From IMG/VR virus record IMGVR_UViG_3300025115_000005: a DNA stretch of 64,000 nt; one strand, 5' to 3'. Under the pieces are notes generated by a model. That model made no database searches. It saw only the letters and a list, made by a program, of their open reading frames with translations, and was not told the DNA's origin. Made by a program: the position numbers and the translations under genes. The stretch comes from an uncultured virus (IMG/VR IMGVR_UViG_3300025115_000005). Taxonomy: Duplodnaviria; Heunggongvirae; Uroviricota; Caudoviricetes. Positions 16,787 to 26,196 of this stretch are shown in pieces (the first letter of the stretch is position 1; every line of letters starts with the position of its first letter).

Positions 16787-18727
16787 TACAATGTCTGCTC
16801 GTAGTGCGATACGTTCCTTTTCGTTGATAACGATCTTGAAATTGTTCATAAAGTCTTCTTCAAACTTAGTAACTCTGACATGCTTGAAGGAGTTCTTATC
16901 GCACCACTCTTGGTACTCATAGTATAGGTTACGTAGTTCCTTACCTACAATCTTATTAACATCGTTCTTATAAGAGTCATAGAACCATGATAGGATGGAG
17001 CTATTATCTGTCTTATATTTTTGAACCATATCTTTGACTGCTTGAGGAATCGTAAACTCTTTAGTAACTTCTAATACTCTGTTAATTGCAATCACTGCTT
17101 TGTATGCGATGTAATCAAGGGCTTTTTGACTGAGCAGTTCACGTTTGAACGATGCCCCATCAACACGGCTTACCTTTGACAAGTCTGCAGTGAATGGTAT
17201 GATAGGAAATCTACGGTAGAATCCGTCGCTTGTATCCGGAGTTCTTGGTAACACGTTTGCTGAGAAGAACATTGTGGCAAACAATGACTTATCATAGGCA
17301 TCTTTGTATTTACGTTCTACCATGATTTCTTCGCCGGCAATAATTGATTTAACCATGTCGGAATCCGAGATAGGTGTGCTACTTATATCCCCTGCCAACG
17401 ATGCTAACTTACCATCCAAAGCACTTGCTCTGAAGTTGTTCGCTAGATCTTTAAACGATATACTTGTGGTATTTTGTTTACCTAAGATGTTACGAATAAC
17501 TTCAAGGTATGTCGACTTACCATTACGCCCTGTCCCTACCATGATGAATGCACTCTGGAGTTCACTCGTCTTAAGCATGGAGTAGCCAATGGCTTCGTAT
17601 AGTAGTTCTTCTATATCGGCATCCCCTTGTGTAGCTGTATGGAAGAATTCATCTGCTGTTTTTTGGTACGCATGAGGGTTGTAGTTAACATTAAGTTTGA
17701 TAGTTTCCATATGGGTTTCATCCATAGGGTTAAACTCCATTGTTAACACATCAAGTATACCATTTTTAAATACGATTGAGTATGGATCCTGGTCAAATTC
17801 TACAGGTTCCATGACTAAGAAATTATCAATGTATTTTAAAGCTTCGGTCTTTTGATAATCTTTTAGTATAGGTACAAGTCTGGTCATATATCCTAGTAAG
17901 TATTCTGGTCTGTGTTCATATATCTTTTCTTGTTCATTGTAGTGGTACAGTAAATTTGTTTTCTTATCTCTTTTTATATTACACTTATTGATCATGTATT
18001 CTCCGAGCACGTTATGAAGGAATGTATTACCATCAAAGAATATTTTGTTATTGATGTAGGCTGCATTCTTTAATACTGCTTGTAGTTCATCGTCTGTTAA
18101 TGGACTTTGCATAAAATATTTATTTATAATCTTCGCTACTTCTTCACGGGTTACAACATTGAATTGATTTATCTTTTTAATTAAAGGTTCGAAGGATGTG
18201 TAAGGCGGAACTAATGCATCCGTTGTGTCAGGTCTAGATTGTTTATGGATGGGCTCTAACCAATCAGGTAGGAAGCCTATCTTTTCGCCTGCATAAACAA
18301 GAGTGTAAGATTCTAAGAACTTTGATGTGCAATGCTTTGTCTTGAAAGGTAGAGTTATAATTGTTTTAGTTCTTGAACTACTTAAAGTATCAGCTAAGAC
18401 ACCACATGCTAGGGTGTTATTAACCGTGGCTTTATCAAAGAAACTTTGTGCCAGGATCTGTAACCCATTAGGTGTTTCAATTACAATTACATTCTCTTTT
18501 CTTTCTTCAATAACCTCGAGTACTCTATACTCTTTGATTTCGATAACGATATAGTTTGGTGGAATAATTAAACCCAACTCGAATAGTGGATCTGACTGTG
18601 CGATAGGTAGTAGATCTGTAATCGTACGGCCAACAAGTCTGCTGCCTACAACCTTTCCATTACGGAGAGGTGTATACCATGGCTCGTTATAGCTATTGAT
18701 TGCTGAATGGAATTGTCGTAGATCCAT
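16784..18727 (-). CDS. P4/D5-family primase-helicase (SF3 helicase, divergent N-terminal primase-like region)
   Basis: D5_N-like FKNGILD; Walker A GTGRNGKST; ERKYKD; FSANVLP...DGFYRR. Confidence 0.88.
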   Translation of the reverse strand: MDLRQFHSAINSYNEPWYTPLRNGKVVGSRLVGRTITDLLPIAQSDPLFELGLIIPPNYIVIEIKEYRVLEVIEERKENVIVIETPNGLQILAQSFFDKATVNNTLACGVLADTLSSSRTKTIITLPFKTKHCTSKFLESYTLVYAGEKIGFLPDWLEPIHKQSRPDTTDALVPPYTSFEPLIKKINQFNVVTREEVAKIINKYFMQSPLTDDELQAVLKNAAYINNKIFFDGNTFLHNVLGEYMINKCNIKRDKKTNLLYHYNEQEKIYEHRPEYLLGYMTRLVPILKDYQKTEALKYIDNFLVMEPVEFDQDPYSIVFKNGILDVLTMEFNPMDETHMETIKLNVNYNPHAYQKTADEFFHTATQGDADIEELLYEAIGYSMLKTSELQSAFIMVGTGRNGKSTYLEVIRNILGKQNTTSISFKDLANNFRASALDGKLASLAGDISSTPISDSDMVKSIIAGEEIMVERKYKDAYDKSLFATMFFSANVLPRTPDTSDGFYRRFPIIPFTADLSKVSRVDGASFKRELLSQKALDYIAYKAVIAINRVLEVTKEFTIPQAVKDMVQKYKTDNSSILSWFYDSYKNDVNKIVGKELRNLYYEYQEWCDKNSFKHVRVTKFEEDFMNNFKIVINEKERIALRADIV

Positions 18728-19022
18728 AGAAGATAATTTTTAATTGATCAAGGTCTCGTATGACATCTGCAATACCGCCAGCTTCTCTAATCTTTTCGAG
18801 TTTAAATAATTGTAATTCTGTAGGTTGATAGGTCCCTTGCTTTAATTCAAAAGCATAGAACCTTCCATTATATACACCAACGATATCAGGTTCCCCCTCA
18901 AGTTGGAAGGCAGACGCATGGATTTTAATCCAGTGTCCACCTACCACTTTGCGAAGGAAGTAAAGCACATCTTTTTGAAACTTAGATTCTAGCTTAGGAG
19001 TATTATTCCCATGGCCAGCCAT
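18693..19022 (-). CDS. VRR-NUC domain nuclease / Holliday junction resolvase-like
   Basis: ESKFQ...GEPDIVG...FYAFELK...TELQ...IREAGG pattern. Confidence 0.85.
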   Translation of the reverse strand: MAGHGNNTPKLESKFQKDVLYFLRKVVGGHWIKIHASAFQLEGEPDIVGVYNGRFYAFELKQGTYQPTELQLFKLEKIREAGGIADVIRDLDQLKIIFYGSTTIPFSNQ

Positions 19023-19644
19023 TTTCTGGTTTGTCCTTTCCTGGAATTTCTTCTTCAGTAATAGACATTGATTCGCCTATACCTTCAGATTGTTTCGCAG
19101 GTACTACATCTTCAGGCTTAGATGGAGCGGCGTCTGACACGGTTGAACCTACTGGTTCTGGATCTTTCTTTTGTGTGAAAGGTAATGTTTGTTCTTCAGC
19201 TTTTTGCTTTGCTTCAATCTCATCTTGAATAGTTTCTAGCTCTTCTTCAGTGATGTCTGATTCTTCTAAGTAATCAATTTGCTGAGCAACTTTATCAACG
19301 CCGGTAGTCTTGTCTTTGTAATCCCGTTTAGATAAATTAGCTGAGACCGCTTGGTTTAATAGTAAGCGTTCAATATCGATTGACTCTGGTTCATCCTTAG
19401 TATAAGGAACACCCGCAGCTTTACGTAGGTTTTGATATCTCCAGGCTAGTTTACTAGTTGGATCATAGTCTACATAGTCTTTAAGAATCTGACCTTTATA
19501 CTTACCAGTCATTATTTGAAATGATACAATAATACTTCCTGAGTTCTTTGGGTTCAACTCAAGTTTAATGATTTTCATCACAACATTCTCATCTATTAAG
19601 ATATCAAATGTAGGTTGAATTCCTTGTCTAATTTGTAGTGGCAT
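19003..19644 (-). CDS. DUF669-like single-stranded DNA-binding protein
   Basis: OB-fold-like N-terminus (SFQIMTGKYKGQILKD), acidic tail ending PWE, downstream of a Sak4-like ATPase. Confidence 0.65.
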   Translation of the reverse strand: MPLQIRQGIQPTFDILIDENVVMKIIKLELNPKNSGSIIVSFQIMTGKYKGQILKDYVDYDPTSKLAWRYQNLRKAAGVPYTKDEPESIDIERLLLNQAVSANLSKRDYKDKTTGVDKVAQQIDYLEESDITEEELETIQDEIEAKQKAEEQTLPFTQKKDPEPVGSTVSDAAPSKPEDVVPAKQSEGIGESMSITEEEIPGKDKPENGWPWE

Positions 19645-19646
19645 GT

Positions 19647-19946
19647 TTATTCCTCTCTTTCGTTCTCTTCATACTCTACATGGACATCAAATGCGTATAA
19701 TGTTTTACGCTGTCCTTTAAGTGCTTTAGTAATATAACTGCGATCAGGCTTTGCAACTCCTTCACGCTTTAGAATTTTGGTAGCATCAGCAACTGTGAGT
19801 ACCTTGTACGACCTACCCTCTAGTGTCAGGTAGACCACAGGCTTATGCTCAACAATGCGTAAGAGTCTTTCAACTTCCTCTTTTCTAATTCCTAGAGGGA
19901 GTTCCTCAAACGCCCGTCTAAACTTTTGGGCTTTCTGGTCGTACAT
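19647..19946 (-). CDS. Small DNA-binding protein (NUMOD1-like HTH)
   Basis: TVADATKIL...RSYITKALKGQRKTLY resembles NUMOD1/IENR1 motifs. Confidence 0.45.
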   Translation of the reverse strand: MYDQKAQKFRRAFEELPLGIRKEEVERLLRIVEHKPVVYLTLEGRSYKVLTVADATKILKREGVAKPDRSYITKALKGQRKTLYAFDVHVEYEENEREE

Positions 19947-20739
19947 TAATTCGGTCTAATACATTAACTTTGAACTGAGGGTAAGTTAAGTTTTTAACTT
20001 TAGTAGGAATAGCAAGACTTACAGGCTTACGACATTTAGTATCAAGGAATGGATGACGGTCAATGTAAGTATAGAATTCAGATACTTCTTTAACCGCTTT
20101 AGTTTCCTTGTCAACAAGGTTAGTAAACTCTACCTTAGTATACCAAACGAATGACATCTTAGCAGCAAGTGATCTTGCAGCGTTGGTCATTAGTGCAGCG
20201 ATAGTCTTGTTAAAGTCTGGATTGTTCTCATCGGTGAGGGGTTTCTCGTGTGCAATTGCAACAACGATAGCGTTAGTTGCATTGTGGATTGACTTCAACA
20301 TATTGTAGAAGAAGTCTTGATCTTCACGAGCCCAGCCCCAAAGTTGTAATGTCATTCTTGATTTGCCGTCACTAGTCTTTAGATATTCTTTAATAAGAAA
20401 CTCTAAACCGGTGACTGAATCGATGACAATAGTGGAATACTTTAACCAAATCTTTTGTTTGTTTGTTGGGTTAATGATAAACCCATTCATAAGATCAGAG
20501 ATTACATTATCAAATTGTTCAAACGTTTCAATCTTAACAATAAAAATAAATTCTCTGTCTTTGTAGTCGATAGAACCGGTGCCATCTTCCTTAACGTCGA
20601 TCCATAACATCGGTCTTTCAGCTGTCTTAGGGAATGTAGATGCAAGCACGGTCTTCCCTGAACCTGGTGCTCCGTAGATAAGGTATGTCTGGTCAGTCTT
20701 GACATCCTCAATCTTAATCATGTTTAATAATGGATTCAT
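19918..20739 (-). CDS. Sak4-like / AAA_24 ATPase (single-strand annealing recombinase)
   Basis: LIYGAPGSGKT Walker A, TIVIDSVT Walker B, IAHEK motif. Confidence 0.85.
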   Translation of the reverse strand: MNPLLNMIKIEDVKTDQTYLIYGAPGSGKTVLASTFPKTAERPMLWIDVKEDGTGSIDYKDREFIFIVKIETFEQFDNVISDLMNGFIINPTNKQKIWLKYSTIVIDSVTGLEFLIKEYLKTSDGKSRMTLQLWGWAREDQDFFYNMLKSIHNATNAIVVAIAHEKPLTDENNPDFNKTIAALMTNAARSLAAKMSFVWYTKVEFTNLVDKETKAVKEVSEFYTYIDRHPFLDTKCRKPVSLAIPTKVKNLTYPQFKVNVLDRINVRPESPKV

Positions 20740-20747
20740 ATTTCCTC

Positions 20748-21185
20748 CTATACCATATAAATCTTAAGTAGTGTCTTCAATGCTGCGTTCTCTTTTTCAA
20801 GGACAGTAATCTTTTCTTCTAAGCTAAGCTTGTTCTTTGACCAGATAACTTGTTGAATTTTAAAAGCTTCATTAGTGATAACTTCTTCACTTGCTTTGTT
20901 TGATTCGTAAACTTCGCCTATAGATTGAGCGACAACTGCCTTCTCTTTAACACCATGTTCTTTAACATATGTGTCATATGCTCTGCGTGTTTCACAGTTA
21001 TTCATAAGGAACTCAATGGTGTTATAATCTGCAAGAACCGTCTTCGTTGGCTTATGTTCTCCCTTACGATACATAAGTGCACGATAGAAGCCTGCAGATG
21101 ACATGCCAAAGTCCTCTAAGAACTGTGAAACTTTAACGCCTAATACATCGAGTCTTTGATGTACGTCAGTCTGTATTCGTTTCAT
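20748..21185 (-). CDS. Hypothetical protein, possible N-terminal HTH regulator with C-terminal coiled coil
   Basis: VSQFLEDFGMSSAGFYRAL is HTH-like; LEEKITVLEKENAALKTLL is zipper-like; first gene after a promoter. Confidence 0.55.
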   Translation of the reverse strand: MKRIQTDVHQRLDVLGVKVSQFLEDFGMSSAGFYRALMYRKGEHKPTKTVLADYNTIEFLMNNCETRRAYDTYVKEHGVKEKAVVAQSIGEVYESNKASEEVITNEAFKIQQVIWSKNKLSLEEKITVLEKENAALKTLLKIYMV

Positions 21186-21217
21186 ATTTGAATGGACTCC
21201 TTTCCTATTCTATCTAT

Positions 21218-21246
21218 AGTATACTACATACAGAACAGGATGTCAA
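21218..21246 (-). promoter_or_regulatory. sigma70/sigmaA promoter
   Basis: Minus strand TTGACA (21241-21246), 17 bp, TATACT (21218-21223). Confidence 0.8.
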
Positions 21247-21252
21247 TACTTT

Positions 21253-21379
21253 TTGTCCATATTATGGAATGAAATGAAAAATTTCCCCACGGAATAACTT
21301 TGTAATATGTCCACACTGTGGTCTTAACACAAACCTTAATTGTACAAATAGTTTTTAGTGTTGTCCACTATGTAGACAA
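21253..21379. promoter_or_regulatory. Cluster of TTGTC-N9-GACAA-like operator / DnaA-box-like sites
   Basis: TTGTCCATATTATGGAAT (21253), TGTCCACACTGTGGTCT (21308) and TTGTCCACTATGTAGACAA (21361) in a non-coding gap. Confidence 0.5.
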
Positions 21380-21381
21380 TG

Positions 21382-22329
21382 TCAACTTCTTCGCTTAATA
21401 GAGCCAATTATAATTTCACGGTCTCTTTCGTCTGGAAAAAATTTATCCAGGGCACATAATTTTTTGAAAGGACAGTGATTACATTGCCATCCTGGATTAC
21501 GATAAACATTTCCTTGTCTAATTGAGGACAATACTCCATTCATATCTATCAGATTTGCATTGATAATATTTCTGTCGACTACTTGATGGGCTACTCTTTT
21601 AAATAAAGGGTGTCCTCTAGATTCAAGCCAGTCTAGGGTTCTAAGATATAAAGGATCTTCTTGTAAATCCATTTCACATAGCTTATTATAATACGACTCG
21701 TGAGTTACCAAGCCTAATCGTTTGCGATCTGCTGATGGCATACCATTCTTATTCATAGGTACATCATCTAAGAATGCAAACCGAACTTCATCCAACTCTA
21801 CTACGTCTACTTTAATCCCAAACTTTTGTTCAATGAATGGTATGTATAGTAGGAGTTGTTGATTTGATATTGCATCATCTAGTGTGCTACTCAAGTTGCT
21901 TGATGTTGTCTTTGTATCTCGTAGATAAATTAAGCTGCTATCTTTCTTCTCTAATAGTTTATCTAATCTCATTAAAAAATAGTCACCTTTATCTAGCTTC
22001 ATTTCAATTTCTTTTTCTACGGCAATCACTCGTTCATTAATCTCTTCGTAATAATAATATTCTTCGTATAGTTCAATCATATATCTCATCAGTTCTGCAG
22101 GTTTAGTAATCTTACCTGTTGAACAGAGGAATTCATATTGTCTGAGCAGCGGAGTACGATCTGCTTTTGTAAAGATGGTCTCAATTAAAGAATGAAATAT
22201 CTTACCAAGTAACAAAGGCTCACTGTCCTCTGGTTCAATGAGCTGTTTGTATTCATAGTCTTCTTTTTTTGGGCAGATCTGATGGGTTTTGAATCGGCTA
22301 TAGCTATATCGTTTCGGATCCTTTTGACT
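21382..22329 (-). CDS. PD-(D/E)XK Cas4/RecB-like exonuclease
   Basis: YSYSRFKTHQICPKK, GKIFHSLIE, RLD...RDTKT, QLLLY and C-terminal CNHCPFKKLC (Fe-S-type Cys). Start uncertain (22329 or 22350). Confidence 0.85.
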   Translation of the reverse strand, partial: SQKDPKRYSYSRFKTHQICPKKEDYEYKQLIEPEDSEPLLLGKIFHSLIETIFTKADRTPLLRQYEFLCSTGKITKPAELMRYMIELYEEYYYYEEINERVIAVEKEIEMKLDKGDYFLMRLDKLLEKKDSSLIYLRDTKTTSSNLSSTLDDAISNQQLLLYIPFIEQKFGIKVDVVELDEVRFAFLDDVPMNKNGMPSADRKRLGLVTHESYYNKLCEMDLQEDPLYLRTLDWLESRGHPLFKRVAHQVVDRNIINANLIDMNGVLSSIRQGNVYRNPGWQCNHCPFKKLCALDKFFPDERDREIIIGSIKRRS

Positions 22330-22522
22330 CATCTTTAATCTCCTTTGCATCTTCGTGTATTTTTAGTATATCACGTATCTCTTTGAGTTGTTCATTAGAT
22401 AATACAGTTGTCCATCCGTCGACAGTTTTTTTCTTGATGCTAATCTTATCCCAGTCTGCGTTAAGGTTGGCTTGCTTAAACATATTTTCTAATAAAAATA
22501 CAAATCCTTCGTCGAGTCTCAT
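22304..22522 (-). CDS. Hypothetical protein
   Basis: 72 aa; AAGGAG RBS; overlaps the polA stop. Confidence 0.65.
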   Translation of the reverse strand: MRLDEGFVFLLENMFKQANLNADWDKISIKKKTVDGWTTVLSNEQLKEIRDILKIHEDAKEIKDESKGSETI

Positions 22523-24255
22523 AAATTATTCTCCTTTACATATTGTTCATAAGGTATACCCATACCCCATGGGCCTATTTCAATATCTACCTTGAGCTCA
22601 ACATCTAACTCAAAGTCTTTAATTAAAAATTCTTTTACAAGCTTAGGATGTTCCATGATAGCCTGTGCTTGTTTAACTAAGTGAAGGGAATCTTTTCTGA
22701 CCTCAGCAATGATGGAGTCATGGACTGTGGCACAGATTCTGAACTTATCGTTTGGTAATGTTTCAACCACTTCGATGATGCCACAGAGAACGATATCATT
22801 AGCCGGGCTTTGAACAGTAGCGTTTGTGCCACTACGTAGATATTCTCCACGTTCTCTCTTTGAATAATACTTAGAAGTTAACCTATAGTATCTATTCATG
22901 ATAGTCTTAAGCTCAAACTTGCTATAGAGTTCGTCTTCTGTTCTTCTATAATAAGCAGGCAGCTCGTTAAAGAGTTTAAAGAAGTCATCACGAATCATAC
23001 GTGCTTGAGCTAGTGTTAGATCTACACCATAGTTGATCTTAGCATAGCTTACGAATGTGTCAGCACTCATGCCATAAAGGTATCCGAAGTTGGCAGCCTT
23101 AGCTGATGTTCTATCTTCTTTAGTGATCTCAGATTTTTCTTTACCTGTAATAATCATAGCCATCTTTGTGTGAAGATCTTCACCACGTTTATAAGCTTCT
23201 TTCATTTCTTTAACATTAGCTACCATAGCTGCGACACGTAACTCAAGTTGACTATAGTCTAGTTGAACCATCACCCACTCAGGATCAGTGCTTCTGAAGA
23301 CTGACTTGATTGTTTTGTTACGTGGAATCTGTTGAAGATTAGGTTCACTGCAGCTGGTGCGTCCACTAACTGTGTTAACTAGATTGAATGTCCCGTAGAG
23401 TCTACCGTTGATATGTCTTTCTTCCCAATCTTTAAGGAAGGCATAAGCTTTATAAGCTTTACGATATTCAAGTAGTAGATCTACTACCTTGTGTTGTCCT
23501 TTAAGAAAGACTAGCGATTCTTTATCAGCAGATGGGTTTCCTTTGTTACTTTTCTTCAGCATAGGTAGCTCTAAGTCACTATAAAGAAGCTCTGCTAGTT
23601 GCTTCGAAGACCTGTAGTTAATGTTAGCATGCTTTTTAAGTTCCTCTTCTAATCTATACTGTTCTTTTTCGTACACTTTTTTCGCTTCTGCCAGCATTTT
23701 AAGATCAATAGGTATTCCATTAAGCTCTATGTATTTAAAAGCGTTCAGTGCCTTTAAAATTAATTTATAGGTACCAAAATGTTTTGGATCCAAATGAGTT
23801 CTAAAGAATTCAATTAGGTCATGGGACATATCTAAATCTTTCTCTAGGTACGGGATGAGCTCGTGCTCATAGAATAAAGATTTTTTATTATCTAAGTCTA
23901 TGTCCCAGTCTTCTACACCTAGTAGTCTGACAGCCATCTTCTTTAGGTTTAACCATTTCTTTTTCTTGTTCTCCTTGAGTTCATTAGCTGTACTATAAAG
24001 ATAGCCGAGCACTAATGAATCGTGATGAATAGGTAGATCTACACCGATAGATCTTAATATTCTTACTGTATCAAACTTACCCCCGTGATAGCCAAACTTT
24101 TCTCCCAAGCTTAAAAGGGAGTTAAGATATACTACACACTCATCCTTTTGCTCAGGGAATCTAAAGATCTTCTTAGTCTTTTTATTTCCTACCCCGATAT
24201 AGTTGATGCGTGTATGTAGATCTAACCCCTCAGTTTCTATATCAACTATGTACAT
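22519..24255 (-). CDS. polA: DNA polymerase family A with 3'-5' exonuclease domain
   Basis: DIETEG (ExoI), TVSGRTSCSEPNLQQIPR, DYSQLELR (motif A), RTSAKAANFGYLYG (motif B), TVHDS (motif C). Confidence 0.95.
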   Translation of the reverse strand: MYIVDIETEGLDLHTRINYIGVGNKKTKKIFRFPEQKDECVVYLNSLLSLGEKFGYHGGKFDTVRILRSIGVDLPIHHDSLVLGYLYSTANELKENKKKKWLNLKKMAVRLLGVEDWDIDLDNKKSLFYEHELIPYLEKDLDMSHDLIEFFRTHLDPKHFGTYKLILKALNAFKYIELNGIPIDLKMLAEAKKVYEKEQYRLEEELKKHANINYRSSKQLAELLYSDLELPMLKKSNKGNPSADKESLVFLKGQHKVVDLLLEYRKAYKAYAFLKDWEERHINGRLYGTFNLVNTVSGRTSCSEPNLQQIPRNKTIKSVFRSTDPEWVMVQLDYSQLELRVAAMVANVKEMKEAYKRGEDLHTKMAMIITGKEKSEITKEDRTSAKAANFGYLYGMSADTFVSYAKINYGVDLTLAQARMIRDDFFKLFNELPAYYRRTEDELYSKFELKTIMNRYYRLTSKYYSKRERGEYLRSGTNATVQSPANDIVLCGIIEVVETLPNDKFRICATVHDSIIAEVRKDSLHLVKQAQAIMEHPKLVKEFLIKDFELDVELKVDIEIGPWGMGIPYEQYVKENNL

Positions 24256-24472
24256 GCAAGTCCATATGCTCTTGCTTCATCATTTCAATGACGTCCCATG
24301 CGGGAAGCTCAAGAGCTTTTGAGATTTCAGTAATGGTTGCTATCTGCGGATTTGCGTCGGTGTTATTTAATACAGCATAAAGATTTGTTCTGGAGACATT
24401 TACTTTAGTAGTCTCAAAGAAGTTGTTAACACTGCCATACTTATTCAGAATGTGGAATTTCAATCGGTTCAT
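24242..24472 (-). CDS. XRE-family HTH transcriptional regulator
   Basis: VSRTNLYAVLNN...NPQIATITEISKAL, a Cro/C1-type HTH. Confidence 0.75.
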   Translation of the reverse strand: MNRLKFHILNKYGSVNNFFETTKVNVSRTNLYAVLNNTDANPQIATITEISKALELPAWDVIEMMKQEHMDLHVHS

Positions 24473-26000
24473 TTTCTAATACTCCTTTAAATTTTTTGAA
24501 TGTTGCTGTTGTAAATGATTTCTTTTGTTTAAGAACACGGTAGATCTTAGTGTCTACAGTTCCTGCATTGATTGCAAAATAGTAATTGCACGGCTGAGTC
24601 TGACCATATCTTCTGGTTCTTGATTTGCATTGATGAAGTACAATGTAGGAGAGTGGAATTCCATAGAAGAACGTTTCATGAACCATCCATAGATCGAGCC
24701 CGGCGTTTCCAGAAGTTGACTGTATGATAAGGTAGTTGTAATATCCTGCTTTGAATTCTTCAATTGCTGGTCCACTATCCTTAGCTTTAGTTTTGCCTGT
24801 AACGATGGTGTATGTATGATCGCTGGGCATAACAGATAGGACTTTCGTGATGTCGGCGTCGAATTCTGTGAAGACGATTCCTCGATCATGGTCTTTAAAG
24901 AACTTTGATAACGCTTCTGTCTTGCCTGTTTCAAGTAGGATCGTGTTGCCTTGATCTGTAATGATGTGCCCGTTAGAGATCTGACGAAGTTTGTTAAGCA
25001 GCTTGCCTGCAGAGTCAGCGACGATTGTCTGACCGTCTTCAAGTACGACAACTTTCTTTTTAAATAGTATGTCATAAAGCGGATCTCTTTTTTTGATTTT
25101 AATTTCATGATCTACCTCCGGTGGTAGGTCTAAGACATCATCTGTCTCAGCTGCTATGATAATATCTCCTATTAAATAGGTTAATTCTAGTGGTCTTAGC
25201 TCTGCGATGGGGCTATAGTATTGATCTACTTCAAAGTATCTCTTCAAGAAGTTTGTTTTACCTGGAAGAAATCTCCAGTCCAGTACAGCTAATTGAGATA
25301 GTATTTCGAATCTGTTCTTATCTAAAGGTGTCCCAGTAAATAAGTAGATCTCTTTAAATTCTATACTAAGTCTACGTAATGTTTCATTAGTTAAACTTGT
25401 GAAGTCTTTAGCTTTGTGTGATTCATCCAGGATCAGTAAGTCTAAATCATTTAACCCTATTAAGTGATGCAATGATTCGTAGTTGATCACAAGAGTGCTA
25501 TACTCATTTTGTAATACTTTAATTTGATCACTAACCTCATAGTCCGTATACTTTTTAATTTGACTCATGTATTGAGTAAGGACACGAAGAGGTGTGACAA
25601 TAACAACTCTCTTAGGTTTCGTTGATAGCATGTAAGAGATTGTGATAATTGTTTTACCGGTTCCTGTTCCAAAGTATATGCCTGCTCTATCATGCTCAAG
25701 CATGTGTTGTACTGCTTTAACTTGGAAGTCTTCTAATTCTATCCCTATAGGTTGAACAATTTCATGAGTAACAGGACGCTTGTGTGAAAGATCTATAGTT
25801 CCTAGATACTTGATGTCTTCCATGTCATACTCGAACTCAGATATTCTTGGCCATACATCCCGTCTGAAGAGTGCCTTAGTGTAAATATTAGGGTGGAAGA
25901 AGTATTTAGTTTCGCTATACTCTGTCAGCCATTTTAGTGTATCAGTGAATTCATTTTTTTCTACAATCATGAACCCATTCTGTAAATAAATTCTACTCAT
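24441..26000 (-). CDS. SNF2-like / SF2 helicase
   Basis: GTGTGKT, INYESL, ILDESH, FTGTP, KLRQISNG, AGLDL, SRTRRYGQ. Confidence 0.9.
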   Translation of the reverse strand: MSRIYLQNGFMIVEKNEFTDTLKWLTEYSETKYFFHPNIYTKALFRRDVWPRISEFEYDMEDIKYLGTIDLSHKRPVTHEIVQPIGIELEDFQVKAVQHMLEHDRAGIYFGTGTGKTIITISYMLSTKPKRVVIVTPLRVLTQYMSQIKKYTDYEVSDQIKVLQNEYSTLVINYESLHHLIGLNDLDLLILDESHKAKDFTSLTNETLRRLSIEFKEIYLFTGTPLDKNRFEILSQLAVLDWRFLPGKTNFLKRYFEVDQYYSPIAELRPLELTYLIGDIIIAAETDDVLDLPPEVDHEIKIKKRDPLYDILFKKKVVVLEDGQTIVADSAGKLLNKLRQISNGHIITDQGNTILLETGKTEALSKFFKDHDRGIVFTEFDADITKVLSVMPSDHTYTIVTGKTKAKDSGPAIEEFKAGYYNYLIIQSTSGNAGLDLWMVHETFFYGIPLSYIVLHQCKSRTRRYGQTQPCNYYFAINAGTVDTKIYRVLKQKKSFTTATFKKFKGVLENEPIEIPHSE

Positions 26001-26109
26001 GAGGCTTCATATAGACTTTATGATCAGTGTTGTCAGGCCATGGGATTTCTTTATGTGTTCCATCCTCAAATTCTACTTCAAAATAATATTCTAACTTATG
26101 TGTAGCCAT
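25993..26109 (-). CDS. Small hypothetical protein (38 aa, not in the ORF track)
   Basis: GAGGTG RBS; MATHKLEYYFEVEFEDGTHKEIPWPDNTDHKVYMKPHE*; overlaps the helicase start. Confidence 0.55.
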   Translation of the reverse strand: MATHKLEYYFEVEFEDGTHKEIPWPDNTDHKVYMKPHE

Positions 26110-26133
26110 AGTATCACCTCGTATCCTATTTAT

Positions 26134-26162
26134 AGTATACATTCTAATGTATAAAAAAGCAA
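26134..26162 (-). promoter_or_regulatory. Promoter for the replication operon
   Basis: Minus strand TTGCTT, 17 bp, TATACT; the -35 lies within the upstream terminator stem/U-tract. Confidence 0.6.
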
Positions 26163-26178
26163 CCGGTTAGGGCTGCTT
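26153..26178 (-). terminator. Intrinsic terminator ending the structural operon
   Basis: AAGCAGCC-CTAACC-GGTTGCTT followed by TTTT on the minus strand. Confidence 0.8.
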
Positions 26179-26196
26179 GATTGTATTTGTCCACAG

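Noticed and set aside
16719..16922. 67-aa + strand ORF over the hairpin region
   Set aside because: Antisense to the primase 3' end, with no convincing RBS or homology cue; better explained as non-coding structure.
21382..22350. Cas4 as part of a CRISPR-Cas system
   Set aside because: Stand-alone Cas4-like nuclease in a phage replication module; no cas1/cas2 or array.
24554..25108. 184-aa alternative-frame ORF inside the helicase gene
   Set aside because: Fully overlaps a well-supported SNF2 helicase, with no RBS or recognisable motif; a probable shadow ORF.
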